DNA of 64,000 bases from assembly GCA_008690995.1 (NCBI GenBank), contig VRMN01000002.1, positions 1,860,001 through 1,924,000 of the forward strand, written 5' to 3'. The notes under the pieces are model-generated. The model did no database searches, was not told the origin of the DNA, and saw nothing but the letters and a program-made list of their open reading frames with translations. A program made the position numbers and the translations under genes. Within the stretch, counting starts at the first letter, position 1, and every line of letters starts with the position of its first letter. Below, piece by piece: positions 20,913 to 32,087 of the stretch. This DNA is from Porphyridium purpureum. Taxonomy: Eukaryota.

Positions 20913-22326
20913 GGTTTCTCGCACCAGAGGACAAGGCGTAATTCTTGGGTAGCCCATGATTCAAGGCAAGAGACAACGAGCACGACATACCGGTGACACG
21001 TCATGGGCGATCAAACCCCGGCGTGAGACCGAGTTGCGGCGCGCGTGCAATGCTTGGGTGTCGACGAAGGGGCCCATCAACGCAGTTGCGTTCTACTGGC
21101 CGGCCCGGAAGCGACTTGATTGGATTGGGGCAAGCCTGGAGTCATCTTCTCGGCTGCCGCTCGCGTCACAAACGTGTACGCGTGGCGGGGCAGAATCATG
21201 CTAAGTAAGAATTACGAAAACATCTTGAGGAAGCACAAAAGTCAGTGGGTTTAGCGCGCGTATCTAGTTTGCGACGTCAGGCGCGCATCCACGTAGGTTT
21301 CGAAATGGCTGCACCAAACCGCTCTCGCGCGTCCGGCTTCACGTGGTGATATCGCGTGGATGTTTGCTGCGTGCGCGCCGCAGGAGTCATGCGAATGCTG
21401 CCGACCTGAACGCTAGCTGGCGTGGTGTTGATCCGAGCAGACCCGCGTATGTCCTGCCGGAATTCCATTGCAACAGGTAACGCACCGGCCTTGTCCGTGT
21501 CCTACTCTGATCTGTCTTTGTCGGAAAGGTTGCGCGCGGCCAGTGAAACCAAACGAAGAAAGCAAACCACGGGCGGAACAAAAAGCCCCTAAAGAATTCA
21601 AACTTTTGAACGCCTCCATATCAAAACCGGTTGTTTTTGGAACTAGCCCGCACATCTCATACGCTGGCGCGGCCATTTTCAATAGTGATCGATCGAGCGT
21701 GGAGCTTGCTTTGCGCGTCCCGGTGGACCCTGTCAAAACAGGGCCATTGTGATAGTGTACAGTAGATTAGGTACAGTGGAATTGAGGAAAAAAAGAACGG
21801 CGTGAGTAGCCGCTCTGATTTAATTGCCACCTTTTCATGAAAAACAAGCGCGCGGTGAGAGGAGCGATGCAGATACCTAGGAAACGGAGCTGGTTGTAGT
21901 ATGGTGCGTGTGTGTTTGTCTATGAGGATGAATGCGTGTGTGTATGTGTGATAGGGAAAGGAGTAACTAGGTGTGACTGTCGGCAGTCCACGTGGGTGCG
22001 TGGGTTTTGTGGCGGCTGGTGGTGTCGTGTGTGTGCCAGTCTGACGTGGTGAAGGCACTTCCGGACCTTTCTGTGTCTCTCTCTCTCTTGCAGGTGCTCT
22101 GTCGATCCTGTGGAAAACGTGGTCGGTATCGATAGCGAGCGCAGCGGCGGGCATAAAAGGGGACCGCAGGCTTCGGTCGCTGTTGGCACGTGGCGAGAAG
22201 GGTATCGCAAGACACAAGGCAGAAGAAGATTCGACGCATGTTGCAAGAAGAGATTGAAGAGAGAGAGAAGATCCGCTCAAGAAACAGAGAGGAGAAAGGA
22301 GAAAGCGCAAAGTCGAGACAAGCACG

Positions 22327-24165
22327 ATGAGGAGGGTTCGACCGGGCCTGGCGCTTGCCGTACTGGCCACCTTCGTGGGCGCTGCGGTATTGGTGCAGTC
22401 GCTCGATTTCCCCACAACGGCGTTGAGTTTTGAGTGGGAAGATGATATCGAGCCAGTCGTCAATGTCAACTATGCCGCGACCGCGCTGGAGCTGTCGCCG
22501 GACGAGACGTACGCTATTATTGTGGGTACCGTGACCGGACGTGCCAAGGATGGAATTAAGGAGCCGCTGCTACAAGACGACCAGATTGCATCGCAGATCG
22601 ACAGGAACACGCGCGACGATATTGTCGTGCACAAGCGCATGCTTGATGGCACGGCGACCGAGTGGTCGTTCCGAACAGGCTCCGTCATCGACGACGTGGC
22701 GAACGCTGTGCTCTTTGTGAACAATAAGATTTACATTGCGGGAGGCATGGGTTCTGCAGGAGGCAAGACATCCGCGGGCAACAAGGACGCGTTCCTCATG
22801 CGCGTGTCGCTTGATGGTGAACGCGAGGAAATGTGGTATTGGGGAGGTCGAGGAGACGACGCCGTGGTGGACATGGTCGCGGACGGCGGTTTCATCTACA
22901 TGGTCGGATACTCGCGCGCTGGACTGACGGCGAACGACCCGGTGTTCGGTGGTAGCGATGGCTTTGTGATTAAGTTCAACGTGGCCACGGGCTCATCGCA
23001 GTTTGTGCAGAGTGGTTTTGAACCCTCGGACGAATTCAAGTCGGTCGCGTTCAAGGATGGCAAGCTGTACATCGGTGCGGAGTATGATAAGCCGCTTAGC
23101 GATCTCACATCAGGAACTGCGCAGATCATTGAAATCGGGCAAATTGGTGTTGCCGTGTACAACGCAGACACGCTCGCGCTCGAGTCGTCCAAACTGGAGG
23201 ATGGATATTCGCAGGAGTTCCTGGTCGGGCTTGGTGTCGACCCCTCTGGCCGTAACGGCGTGTACACGTGCGGTACGACCATTATCAAGGCCGTGTACAC
23301 CAAGGAGGACTTTTCCGTTCGCCGCTATGCAGATTCGACGCTCGCGGAAACGATGGAGCGCAAGATCATAGACAGCCGTGTGGATTCCGGCACGCTGAAC
23401 GGTGGCCGCGACGTGGTGACCCACTGCATGATGACATCGTCTGGAAATCTGGTCGTGCTCGGCGTGTCTGACGGCGTGCTGGTGGACGGTGTTCCCGGAC
23501 AGCGCTACGCCGATGGCTCTGTCGTTGTTATGGTGTTCAACCCGTCTGGCGAACAGGTTTTTGTCTCGCAGACACTGGTGGATACAAGCGCAGGCGAGCA
23601 GCCGGACATTGACAGCGCGCCGACCATGGCAAAGCTAACAAGAAATGGAAACTTGGTGATCGCGGGCAGCACCAAGAACAACCTGCGCCGCTCCACTATG
23701 GTGCTTGGTGGACTTCAGCTTTCGCAAGCTGCGCTGGCACAATACCCGGCACCAGTGGGGCCCGAACCAATTGTATCGCCACCGGTTGAGACTGAGGCCC
23801 CGGCACAGAGCCAGGCGCCCGCTCCAGCGCCCGTTCCGTCGGACCAGGTGATTGACGGGGCGAGCGGCCAGGACGAGACCACAGTTGACGGGCAGTCAGG
23901 GGCGGACTCACCTTCAGGTAGCTCACCAGACCAAGCGGCGGCCCCTAGTGGAGGTACAAGCATGGTCCTGATCATTGCCGCAGCTGTCGGCGGCTTGGTC
24001 GCTCTGGTCGGCGTTATAGCGGTGTTCATTGTTGTACGTCGTCGCGCGGCGGCCGCGCATGTCGACCCAACCATGCCAAGCGACGGGCTTGTTCGCCGCC
24101 GCACCACGGGAAAGATGGAGACCATCGACCTGGAGCGCGGCCGCAACAGCGCCATGCCCATGTAA
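22327..24165 (+). CDS. Type I membrane protein: signal peptide, probable beta-propeller, Pro/Ala/Ser stalk, TM helix, short tail
   Basis: Repeated units such as IYIAGG...DAFLMRVSLDG, IYMVGYS...DGFVIKFN and LVVLGVS...VVVMVFNPSG. TM segment IIAAAVGGLVALVGVIAVFIVV followed by RRR. Confidence 0.75.
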   Translation: MRRVRPGLALAVLATFVGAAVLVQSLDFPTTALSFEWEDDIEPVVNVNYAATALELSPDETYAIIVGTVTGRAKDGIKEPLLQDDQIASQIDRNTRDDIVVHKRMLDGTATEWSFRTGSVIDDVANAVLFVNNKIYIAGGMGSAGGKTSAGNKDAFLMRVSLDGEREEMWYWGGRGDDAVVDMVADGGFIYMVGYSRAGLTANDPVFGGSDGFVIKFNVATGSSQFVQSGFEPSDEFKSVAFKDGKLYIGAEYDKPLSDLTSGTAQIIEIGQIGVAVYNADTLALESSKLEDGYSQEFLVGLGVDPSGRNGVYTCGTTIIKAVYTKEDFSVRRYADSTLAETMERKIIDSRVDSGTLNGGRDVVTHCMMTSSGNLVVLGVSDGVLVDGVPGQRYADGSVVVMVFNPSGEQVFVSQTLVDTSAGEQPDIDSAPTMAKLTRNGNLVIAGSTKNNLRRSTMVLGGLQLSQAALAQYPAPVGPEPIVSPPVETEAPAQSQAPAPAPVPSDQVIDGASGQDETTVDGQSGADSPSGSSPDQAAAPSGGTSMVLIIAAAVGGLVALVGVIAVFIVVRRRAAAAHVDPTMPSDGLVRRRTTGKMETIDLERGRNSAMPM

Positions 24166-25028
24166 GGCGCGGTGGTTGCGGTACCGCAAGTTTTCTACAT
24201 TGTCCATCATTTACTACTAAAACTAACTGTGATTGTTGCAAACCCGCTTCCGCCTGCGCAAAGCACCGCCTCCATCGCTTTTCTACTTTACGTTCCTCGC
24301 TGAAGCCTCGGAAAGGTACGCTCCCATCCGAGCATGCGCACGCGGGCCACTCTCGCGTCCGCCCGGCGCGGTGCTTGCGTGCCCGCCCTTGCAAGCCGCC
24401 CACATTACTGCCTACGGCGGCACCGCGTTGTGGCGGGTGATCACAGCGTTCCGTTCCCCGCTCGTCGCGTGCGCTCGACACCTTGCGCTTTTCACGTCCT
24501 ACTCAGCACGTGAATCGATGCGCTCCAAGGCGGACGCTTCACGACGCCGCCGACCAGCAAAGCCATTTCCGCGTGCGAATTCCATGCGCACACACACACA
24601 CGTACACACAGCCTGCTGACTTGACGGGTGACGGTGGATTCAATCCTGCCGACAGGACGCGCTGGGTCGAACCACGTTTCGGCTCAACGAGCGATGTTGC
24701 TTCTGAATTTCGCCTTTTCTGTTATGAGCTGCGGATTTTTTGGGAAGCAGGTTCACCCGAAGAAACGGCACATGGAGAGGTGGATGCCTGCCACAATGGA
24801 AGCGGCAACCAGATTCATCGACCGACAGTGTGGGAGGAGTGGCGCGACGGGTTTATCGCATGTAGGAGAGGGGAAGGAGGGCGCGTGCGACTCATCGTAC
24901 GCAGACGCGAAGGGGAAATTAAACTGAGACTACCACAGTTACCACCACTGCGTGCGCGACGTCCGATCGTGCCCAAAGCAACAGCGCCAGACAGCTTCTA
25001 GGTGTACGCAAGAAAGGCCGCTGATGTT

Positions 25029-25058
25029 GAGCGGGCTTTGTGCGAGCGGGCTTTGTGC
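25029..25058. repeat. 15-nt tandem duplication upstream of the DUF427 gene
   Basis: gagcgggctttgtgc x2, followed by a degenerate third copy. Confidence 0.85.
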
Positions 25059-25251
25059 GTGCGTGCTTTTATATCTATGTACGCGGACCTAGGCTCGCAG
25101 TGAACAGAGCAAAGGTGTAACGCTACAAAAGGCGGCGGCGGAAGTTCTGTCGGAGCTGGTGGCGCGTGCAAGGGAACGAAGTGCAGACGGCTTGTTATTG
25201 ACCAGCACAAGACGCGGGGCGCTAGAAGAACCCACGGGAGATACGAGCACG

Positions 25252-25755
25252 ATGACGACATTTATGAAGAACCTATTGGGGAGCAAGAAGGGCTCGAACG
25301 CATCATTGCTTGAAGATCTTGCGGGCTCCGGTACCACTACTCCGAAACGGAGCAGCGGCGCTGGCAGTGGGCTAGGCAGCCGTGCGGGTTCGCTGTTCGC
25401 GCGCTCGTCAACAAGACAAGTCAAGCCGCCAATGGAGGCGACTTGGAACGGCCAGGTGGTGGCTTCCGGCAGCGACTATGAGGTTCTGGACGGGACATTC
25501 TACTTTGCGCGCTCTGCGCTGTTTGAAGAATTCTTTTCGCCGGGTGATTTCTCAAAGGATGACCCGAAGAAGGGCAAAGCGTCATACATGAACATCACGG
25601 TCGACGGCAAAGTACATTCAAATGCGGCGTTCTACTTTGCCGAGCCCACACCTTATGCGGCGAAAATCAAGGATATGGTTGCGTTCTGGAAGGGCGTACC
25701 CGTGACGCCCGCGGGAGAAAAGGACGAGCAAGATCTCGGAGACGTAGAGCTCTAA
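25252..25755 (+). CDS. DUF427 (NTP_transf_9) domain protein
   Basis: ATWNGQVVA...DGTFYF...PKKGKASY...VDGK...AAFYFAEP...IKDMVAFWKGV matches the DUF427 pattern. Confidence 0.85.
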   Translation: MTTFMKNLLGSKKGSNASLLEDLAGSGTTTPKRSSGAGSGLGSRAGSLFARSSTRQVKPPMEATWNGQVVASGSDYEVLDGTFYFARSALFEEFFSPGDFSKDDPKKGKASYMNITVDGKVHSNAAFYFAEPTPYAAKIKDMVAFWKGVPVTPAGEKDEQDLGDVEL

Positions 25756-25781
25756 TGTTACATCCATTATACTCAGTGCCA

Positions 25782-27137
25782 TTAAACTTGACGAAACATC
25801 TTAATGGAGCTGTCGCCCTCACCGGTGATCAGCCTCGTGCCGCTCATATCAAATGCAGTCGCAAACACAGAAGCTTCGGCGTCCAAGGAACCCGACTGCG
25901 CGGGACAGCGCCACTCCTGAAATTGCTTGGCTGACATGTAGTCAAAGAAGCGCAGCTGGCCCTTGTCTGAACCGGAAACCAGCACACCGTCCGCGTTGAC
26001 AGCCAGCGCATTAATAATTTCGCCCCCCGTTTCAAAATTGCGAAGGAGCTCGCCGCGCGGGAGACTCCAAGTCTTTGTTTGATCTGCTGAGCTCGACACG
26101 AAAGTGAACAACGCAGGGTGTCGCGCCAGCGCGCGAACGCCTTTCCTATGATGTGTAAGAGTTGTACGCGTCTTTGCAGCAGCTAGATCCCAAAGCCGCA
26201 CGGTCGCGTCTGCTGATGCCGAAATAAGCTCAGGCTCTTCCCTCTGTGCGATGAGGCCATTGACCTGCTCGCGGTGCCCTCCCAGAGTCAGGATTTCGGT
26301 TCGCGTGCGGATGTCCCACACACGCACCGCAGCGTCCCTGCCCGCTGTGGCCAGTACATCGAGGCTCGGGTGCAGCGCCATAGAGTAAACACCAGACAGA
26401 TGGCCGTGAAAGTGCCTTACCACTCGATTTGTCTCAAGGTCCCAGCACTTGACCATCTTGTCGTCACCAGCGGAGAACAAGTACGGGTGACGCTCCGAGC
26501 ACGCGAGAGCACGAACTGTTCCGATATGCCCCGCCAATGTTAACTTGAGCTTCCCACATGCCATATCCCACACCTTGATCGTGCGGTCTGCGCTGCCGCT
26601 CGCAAACCATTCATTGCTTGCGTCTACTGCGACGCTTCGCACCCACCCCAGGTGCCCACTGACCACACGGTACAACTTCCACTGCGCGTGTTCTATCTTA
26701 GGCCTGCGATTTGCTAGCGCCAGGGCTGAGCTCAATGCTTCCGATTCGAGCAATTCAGCGGATATGAGCGGTCCAATCTTTCTGACGTCGCGTCTCGTCT
26801 CGTTGAGTCCTGGCGCTGTAGTTTCTCTGCTTTGCACTGAGCGTTCAGAGGCTACCGGTACTAGGGGTTGTGCCAATGATGCCAGTGCATGGCCATTCCC
26901 CTCAAAGGACTGCCGGGTAGTTCTCGCCGGCTTTCTTGTACGAGGATACACAAGCCCATAGTCGAGCTCGAGCACGCGCTTGCGCAGCTGCGCGCAGGCC
27001 TCCAAGGCTGAACCGGTCTCGTTCTCACCGCCATGCTCAGTAGCATCGTGTTCGTCAAACAGGCGGGCCGCGAGAGCAGCGTTGGATTGCACCACGTCGC
27101 TGGCGCGGAACTCTGCCGGCGTGCTGGGTATACTCAT
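25782..27137 (-). CDS. PLRG1: Pleiotropic regulator 1 / PRL1 / Prp46 WD40 splicing factor
   Basis: [77 protein letters not shown]. Confidence 0.95.
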   Translation of the reverse strand: MSIPSTPAEFRASDVVQSNAALAARLFDEHDATEHGGENETGSALEACAQLRKRVLELDYGLVYPRTRKPARTTRQSFEGNGHALASLAQPLVPVASERSVQSRETTAPGLNETRRDVRKIGPLISAELLESEALSSALALANRRPKIEHAQWKLYRVVSGHLGWVRSVAVDASNEWFASGSADRTIKVWDMACGKLKLTLAGHIGTVRALACSERHPYLFSAGDDKMVKCWDLETNRVVRHFHGHLSGVYSMALHPSLDVLATAGRDAAVRVWDIRTRTEILTLGGHREQVNGLIAQREEPELISASADATVRLWDLAAAKTRTTLTHHRKGVRALARHPALFTFVSSSADQTKTWSLPRGELLRNFETGGEIINALAVNADGVLVSGSDKGQLRFFDYMSAKQFQEWRCPAQSGSLDAEASVFATAFDMSGTRLITGEGDSSIKMFRQV

Positions 27138-27334
27138 TGCCTCTTTCCGAGGTGCCCCCGCATAACATTGAACCAAACTTGAGGGTAGACGGTTTATCAG
27201 TTTTGCTTTAGAACGCGCCGTTTACGATCTGTAGTCGGTCACGGCGCCATTCATTGCAGTAGAGTGGCTGGTTTAAATGGTCTGTGTTTCCGCGTCGAGA
27301 GCGTTGTGCGGTGCGAAGACAGCGCATCCGAAAT

Positions 27335-27700
27335 TTACGCAACTAGTGGTGCCGTGCGGTACAAGCTGCCGCCTCCAAGGAAGCTTCGGCGCTGCTTGAC
27401 TGGGTCGATCGTGAGAAATCGGTACGGCGTTAGCGAGCAGTCGAACTCTAGCAGGTTTTCATCGCCTGGACTCGGGTCCAGACGTGCGATGAGGCCACGC
27501 AAGACAAGCTCAGCGCCCACGATCTTGGCGTCGTCGTATGAGCTCACGTAGCGCTTCTTCACCAGGGTGTCAACTAGGTCGCGCGGAAGGAAGGTGTGCT
27601 GCCCCTCGCCATCTTCCGTCTGGCGCAGCGTAAGTTTCAGCTTCTTACTCTTGCACAACTTTGCACACAGGCGGTCATAATCTGCCTCCACAGTAGCCAT
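27335..27700 (-). CDS. Small stand-alone DEP-domain-like protein
   Basis: HTFLPRDLVDTL...VSSYDDAKIVGAELVLRGLI...EFDC...YRF resembles the DEP consensus (TF.G.DLVDWL...SR.EA..IG..L...G.I...F.D...YRF). Confidence 0.65.
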   Translation of the reverse strand: MATVEADYDRLCAKLCKSKKLKLTLRQTEDGEGQHTFLPRDLVDTLVKKRYVSSYDDAKIVGAELVLRGLIARLDPSPGDENLLEFDCSLTPYRFLTIDPVKQRRSFLGGGSLYRTAPLVA

Positions 27701-28242
27701 GTCTATCGCCAACCCGTAAATTGCCAAAGACACGAACTTGTCTAGCCGTCCACGTGCAACTCGCCTTCGAGCCTTCGCTGAGCGCCCGCGAACTGGTGCT
27801 TCTGCGACACCACCCCGCTTCCTGCCATGATTTGCGAGGCCCGCACTGGCGCAACAACTTATACCGTGCAGCGTCCCACCTGAAACTTGCCGCGCAGCCG
27901 GACATTACGCATCCGAATTCTGGGCGCACCTCTTCCTGGTCCGCAGCGGCAGAGGAAGGGGTCAAAGGTTCGCTAGTGATTTTGAATTCGCCCCATTTTC
28001 GTTTTCGTTTTCGTTTTCGGGTTGAAATCGGGGGTGTACTGTGAAGGGGTACAATTTGAAAATGCTGAGGACGCTCCGTCAGAGCGCGAAGATCCGGCTG
28101 CATGCACGGCAGAACAATGTGCGTCACACAATCAACAAGCCAAATCATATACGAACATAGAGCCTACAATATATGTTCAGCACTATAGGGGGAAAAAAGC
28201 AAATCTTGTCTGCTCTCATAGTCGGCCTGCGGCTGCGCTCTC

Positions 28243-29532
28243 TCATGCCAAAGCGGGTGCTCGGACAGTGTGCGAGACGGATTTCTTCTGGAGTCGCGCG
28301 CTGCCATACTTCTTCGTGATGAAGCGGAAAAAGTCTCTCCAGCAACACTCAAAGTACGAGCTGCTCTTCATAATGTTCGCGGCACCGGTCTCGCGCTTGA
28401 GCTCCTGGATAATTTGCCTCGGGCTCACGCAACCTACCGCCAGCCACGGGCTGATCTTGCAGGAAAAGTCCGCGCCTAGGTGCGTGTTGTAGTGCGACGC
28501 CTCGCTGTTGCGACACTCGCCTAGGTAGTGAGCCAGACGCTTGAGCGCCTCGGTTTCTCCACCAATGAACGACGAGGCAGATGTGGTGAACGCATTTCCT
28601 CCCGCCGACTCGACTGGAGGCTGCGACAAGCCGAGGTCCTCCAAGGACGGAATGCGCCCGGCATCGAGGCGCGCCGGCAGCGAAGGAACGGCTTCTGGCT
28701 CTGACAGCGGCTCACGAAGCACGCCCTTCTGCTCCACTTGATTGCGGAAGTCAGTGTACACGTCTGGCATATCGCTGATCGCGAAAGGTAGGTCGCTCTC
28801 GTGGTACAATGTGTTTGCCCAGAGGCTCTCTGCGCGAATCCCGGCCTCCTCAAGCGCCTTCTCGACGTGCATTTCGACTTCCTGCTCCTCATACGTCACT
28901 TCCTGGTGAAAATGCACTGCCGTGCAGCCTGTCTCGCGCGCGAGCGCGGGGAGCACTTGCTCGGGCCTGCCTTCGCGCACCACCAGATCCGAGCCCTTGG
29001 CCTGCAGCGCGCGGCGCAGATCCTGCACGCTCTCAATGAGGAACTTTGCGCGATGGCGACCGGTCTTCTCAAAGCCAAAGGACGTCTTGCCAAATTGGCG
29101 CGGATCAAAGCAGTAAACAGGCACGATTTGGGCGGCCTCCTCGACCGCCTTGGCGAGAGCTGGATGGTCGTGGAGGCGGAGATCCGATCTGAACCACACA
29201 ATCACCTTGCCCTTCTTTGCGCCCGCAGACGCGTCGCCAAAGCGATCAAAGCCCGTGAATTCTGGCGTCAATGCCGGCAGCAAGGTGGGCTCGCGCGCGC
29301 CTGCGGCGGGCACCGAGAAGCTCATGGGGGCCAGGGTAGACTCAAAGGTGGGTGCGTGTGCCATGCTCGACAACGCCGCGACATTCATCGACATCCCTCC
29401 ACGGCGCAGCACCTGACTCGCCGCGGATGCGGAACCCACACGTGTCACGACCTGCCCCTGACTGGAAGTGCCGGACGCCAAGCTCGGCACAAACGCCGAC
29501 GCATTTGCGCCAGTATTCACGCGAAACGCCAT
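28243..29532 (-). CDS. Photolyase/cryptochrome family, PHR2-like (truncated FAD domain)
   Basis: IVWFRSDLRLHDHPAL, PVYCFDPRQF, KTG..RAKFLIESV, GGETEAL, FSCKISPWLAVGCVSPR. Ends shortly after WRDFFRFI, as in plant PHR2. Confidence 0.88.
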   Translation of the reverse strand: MAFRVNTGANASAFVPSLASGTSSQGQVVTRVGSASAASQVLRRGGMSMNVAALSSMAHAPTFESTLAPMSFSVPAAGAREPTLLPALTPEFTGFDRFGDASAGAKKGKVIVWFRSDLRLHDHPALAKAVEEAAQIVPVYCFDPRQFGKTSFGFEKTGRHRAKFLIESVQDLRRALQAKGSDLVVREGRPEQVLPALARETGCTAVHFHQEVTYEEQEVEMHVEKALEEAGIRAESLWANTLYHESDLPFAISDMPDVYTDFRNQVEQKGVLREPLSEPEAVPSLPARLDAGRIPSLEDLGLSQPPVESAGGNAFTTSASSFIGGETEALKRLAHYLGECRNSEASHYNTHLGADFSCKISPWLAVGCVSPRQIIQELKRETGAANIMKSSSYFECCWRDFFRFITKKYGSARLQKKSVSHTVRAPALA

Positions 29533-29935
29533 TGTTCTAGTGCCCTCCCCTCACACAAAGCTTTGCCACCCGGGCTCCTTTCCCCCCGTGCGCCCACTAT
29601 CCGTTCCCGTAATGCCCCCGAGCCCTTCTTCTCCCTCTCCCCAATCCCCGTCTCGCGTGCTCCAACACCGCGCTCGTACACCGACCTCCGATTCGGTCGA
29701 CTGCACAAATGGCAATGGCGCAGTGCAATTTGGGAGCACGTTTTATGTAATTTGTGAAGATGCAATTGTATATTAGCAGCATGTTTTGTGACCCTGTCAT
29801 TACAATGTAATGCGAGCACGAAAAGTTGGCGGCGCGGCGCGTGAAATGGAGACCGGGGGAGATTCCCCTGGGGCAGCGCGAGTTATTGAGAGAGGGAGAG
29901 AAAGGGAGAGAGAGAGAGAGAGGAACGGGGATCGC

Positions 29936-30748
29936 ATGGATGCGTTGGTGGCATTCGGTGTACACTTGGGCGGTTTACGCGGCAGGCGTCATGGGTTGGT
30001 GCGCACTGGAGAGGTAGATGCGTGCGATGGGATTGTAGGCGCACAACGCGCTCGCGCGTTGACGTGCCGGCGACGGCGCGTCCGCGTCGCGATGAGCAGT
30101 GCATCTGAGGATGACACTCGGCATCCGGTATCGGAGGCAGATGAGAAGGCGTTCAGAGATTTGAGCGAACGGTTGCGAAGAACAAATGTATACTTTGTGG
30201 GTATGATGGGCTCGGGGAAGAGCTCAGTCGGTAAGCTCTTTGCGCAGCGACTCAAGTACCGCTTTTTGGACACCGATGTGACGATTGAGAGGCTGACCAA
30301 GAGCTCGATCACGGAACTCTTTGCAAATAGTGGTGAGGCAGCATTCCGTGAGCTGGAAACGGCGGTTCTGGCAGAGATGGCGTCTTACACAGATGCCGTG
30401 ATTAGTACCGGAGGAGGGATCGTGCTGAATACCAAGAACTGGTCGTTTCTCCAAACGGGCCTGGTATGCTGGCTCGATGTGCCGGTGGATGTTTTAGTGC
30501 AGAGGCTTGCAGACGATACGACCAGGCCTCTACTACAGGGACAGGATCCGGCGCAGAAGCTCTCGGAAATCCTGGCAAAGCGTGAGGCAATGTACAAGAA
30601 CGCGGATGTGCATGTGCCAGTCACCGAAGCCATGTCCAACGAGGCCATCGCACAAGAAGCATGCCGACTCATCACCAATTTTGTCAAGGCAAATCCGCCG
30701 AAAAGCGCGGCCTTGTATCCGGGCAAAATGGGCTCGTTAGACTCGTGA
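29936..30748 (+). CDS. Shikimate kinase, plastid-targeted
   Basis: VGMMGSGKSSVG, FLDTD, GEAAFRELE, VISTGGG, RPLL. Has a transit-like N-terminus. Confidence 0.95.
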   Translation: MDALVAFGVHLGGLRGRRHGLVRTGEVDACDGIVGAQRARALTCRRRRVRVAMSSASEDDTRHPVSEADEKAFRDLSERLRRTNVYFVGMMGSGKSSVGKLFAQRLKYRFLDTDVTIERLTKSSITELFANSGEAAFRELETAVLAEMASYTDAVISTGGGIVLNTKNWSFLQTGLVCWLDVPVDVLVQRLADDTTRPLLQGQDPAQKLSEILAKREAMYKNADVHVPVTEAMSNEAIAQEACRLITNFVKANPPKSAALYPGKMGSLDS

Positions 30749-31109
30749 GGCACCAAGACCATTGCACAGTCACTCTCTACTTTCAGACGAAGATAGGGGA
30801 CAACAAATTAAGGAAAGAAGTTTTAGACAAAAATGAAAGTGAATTCGCAAGACACACTCTATCTGCTGCATGTCTCGCAGGCTACAACTAAGGCAAGGGC
30901 CTAACTAAGGACTAGACTATAATTACTACGCTACGAGTTAATGATGGACACCAAATAGGAAAATTGAATCGATCATCGCACATCCTTTCCTGGACCGCCT
31001 TGGCCCGATCAAATATACGAAGGTTCTCTCCGACCCTCTTTGTACCAAGTCGGTGCACAGCGTACAACTGAACCGACAACAAAAATCGCGTGGGCAACCA
31101 CATGCTTCT

Positions 31110-32045
31110 CTAGGGAGCACGTGGCTCATGCAGGGGCACAGACATGCCGGTCTGGATGAGAGCAGGGCTCATGACAGAGCATTTCGAGCGCGCGAGACAC
31201 ATCGAGTCAAATGATAATCCCCGTGGCGAGCGCGCTGGACCGGCCGACGCTGCATGCATCTGGAGCTGAACAGGCTCCTGGTTTTCGAACAGCACAAACT
31301 CGATGTCTCGCGGTATATCTGATGCGACGCTCCAGTGCAGTTCGCACAGCGCCACGGCGTCCCGGACGTCGATGCCTGGAATCTCGGCGCGGTCGACATT
31401 CCTGACAGCGTGGTCTTTCTGCACCATTTGCGCGGCCGCGACCAGCACATCCGGCGCCGACACGCCGGGAGCTTTTTGCGCGGGCTCGACGAACGAGCCG
31501 CTCGCCGCGGCCGCCTTGTCTACTGGTATTGCTGGCGGCCGTTGCGCGCCGCTACCCGGCGCGGCTGTCTTTCTCTTCTTCCTCTGTGCCGGCGTTGGAA
31601 TACAAGGCGATGGCTGCGGCACCGGCACCGCGACCGGCGCCGGCATGGGCGTGCTCTTCGGTTGGGTTTCCTTCTCGCACAGCTTCCTCTTGACGCTTGC
31701 GTGCCAGTGGTTTTTGACGATATTGTCGGAACGGCCCGGCAGCGCGCGCGCGATGTTTGCCCAGCTGTTGCCGAAGATCGCGTGGAGCTCGATGATGCGC
31801 TCGTCCTCCTCGGGGGTCCAGTTGCCCTTTCTGAGCTTCGGGTCGAGGTGGTTCATCCAGCGCTCGCGGCACTGCTTTCCGGTGCGGAGCGGCGACAACT
31901 CTGCGGCGATCGCGGTCCAGCAGCGCGTATCCATGCGCTGCACCAGCTCGGTCAAGCGCGCGTCCTCCTCCTCGGACCACGAGCCCTTCCTCCCGCGCTT
32001 CTGCGCGGCCCCCAGCGCGCGCGGCGGCACACCCTGCTCAACCAT
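31110..32045 (-). CDS. R2R3-MYB transcription factor
   Basis: KGSWSEEED...RTGKQCRERWMNHLDP...KGNWTPEED...GNSWANIARALPGRSDNIVKNHW. Confidence 0.95.
   Translation of the reverse strand: MVEQGVPPRALGAAQKRGRKGSWSEEEDARLTELVQRMDTRCWTAIAAELSPLRTGKQCRERWMNHLDPKLRKGNWTPEEDERIIELHAIFGNSWANIARALPGRSDNIVKNHWHASVKRKLCEKETQPKSTPMPAPVAVPVPQPSPCIPTPAQRKKRKTAAPGSGAQRPPAIPVDKAAAASGSFVEPAQKAPGVSAPDVLVAAAQMVQKDHAVRNVDRAEIPGIDVRDAVALCELHWSVASDIPRDIEFVLFENQEPVQLQMHAASAGPARSPRGLSFDSMCLARSKCSVMSPALIQTGMSVPLHEPRAP

Positions 32046-32051
<6 letters not shown>

Positions 32052-32083
<32 letters not shown>
32052..32083. repeat. (CT)n/(GA)n microsatellite just upstream of the MYB start codon
   Basis: About 15 perfect dinucleotide units. 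Confidence 0.95.

Positions 32084-32087
<4 letters not shown>

Noticed and set aside
28243..28400. Apparent premature truncation of the photolyase FAD domain
   Set aside because: The same truncation characterises the PHR2 subfamily, so it is not evidence of a pseudogene.
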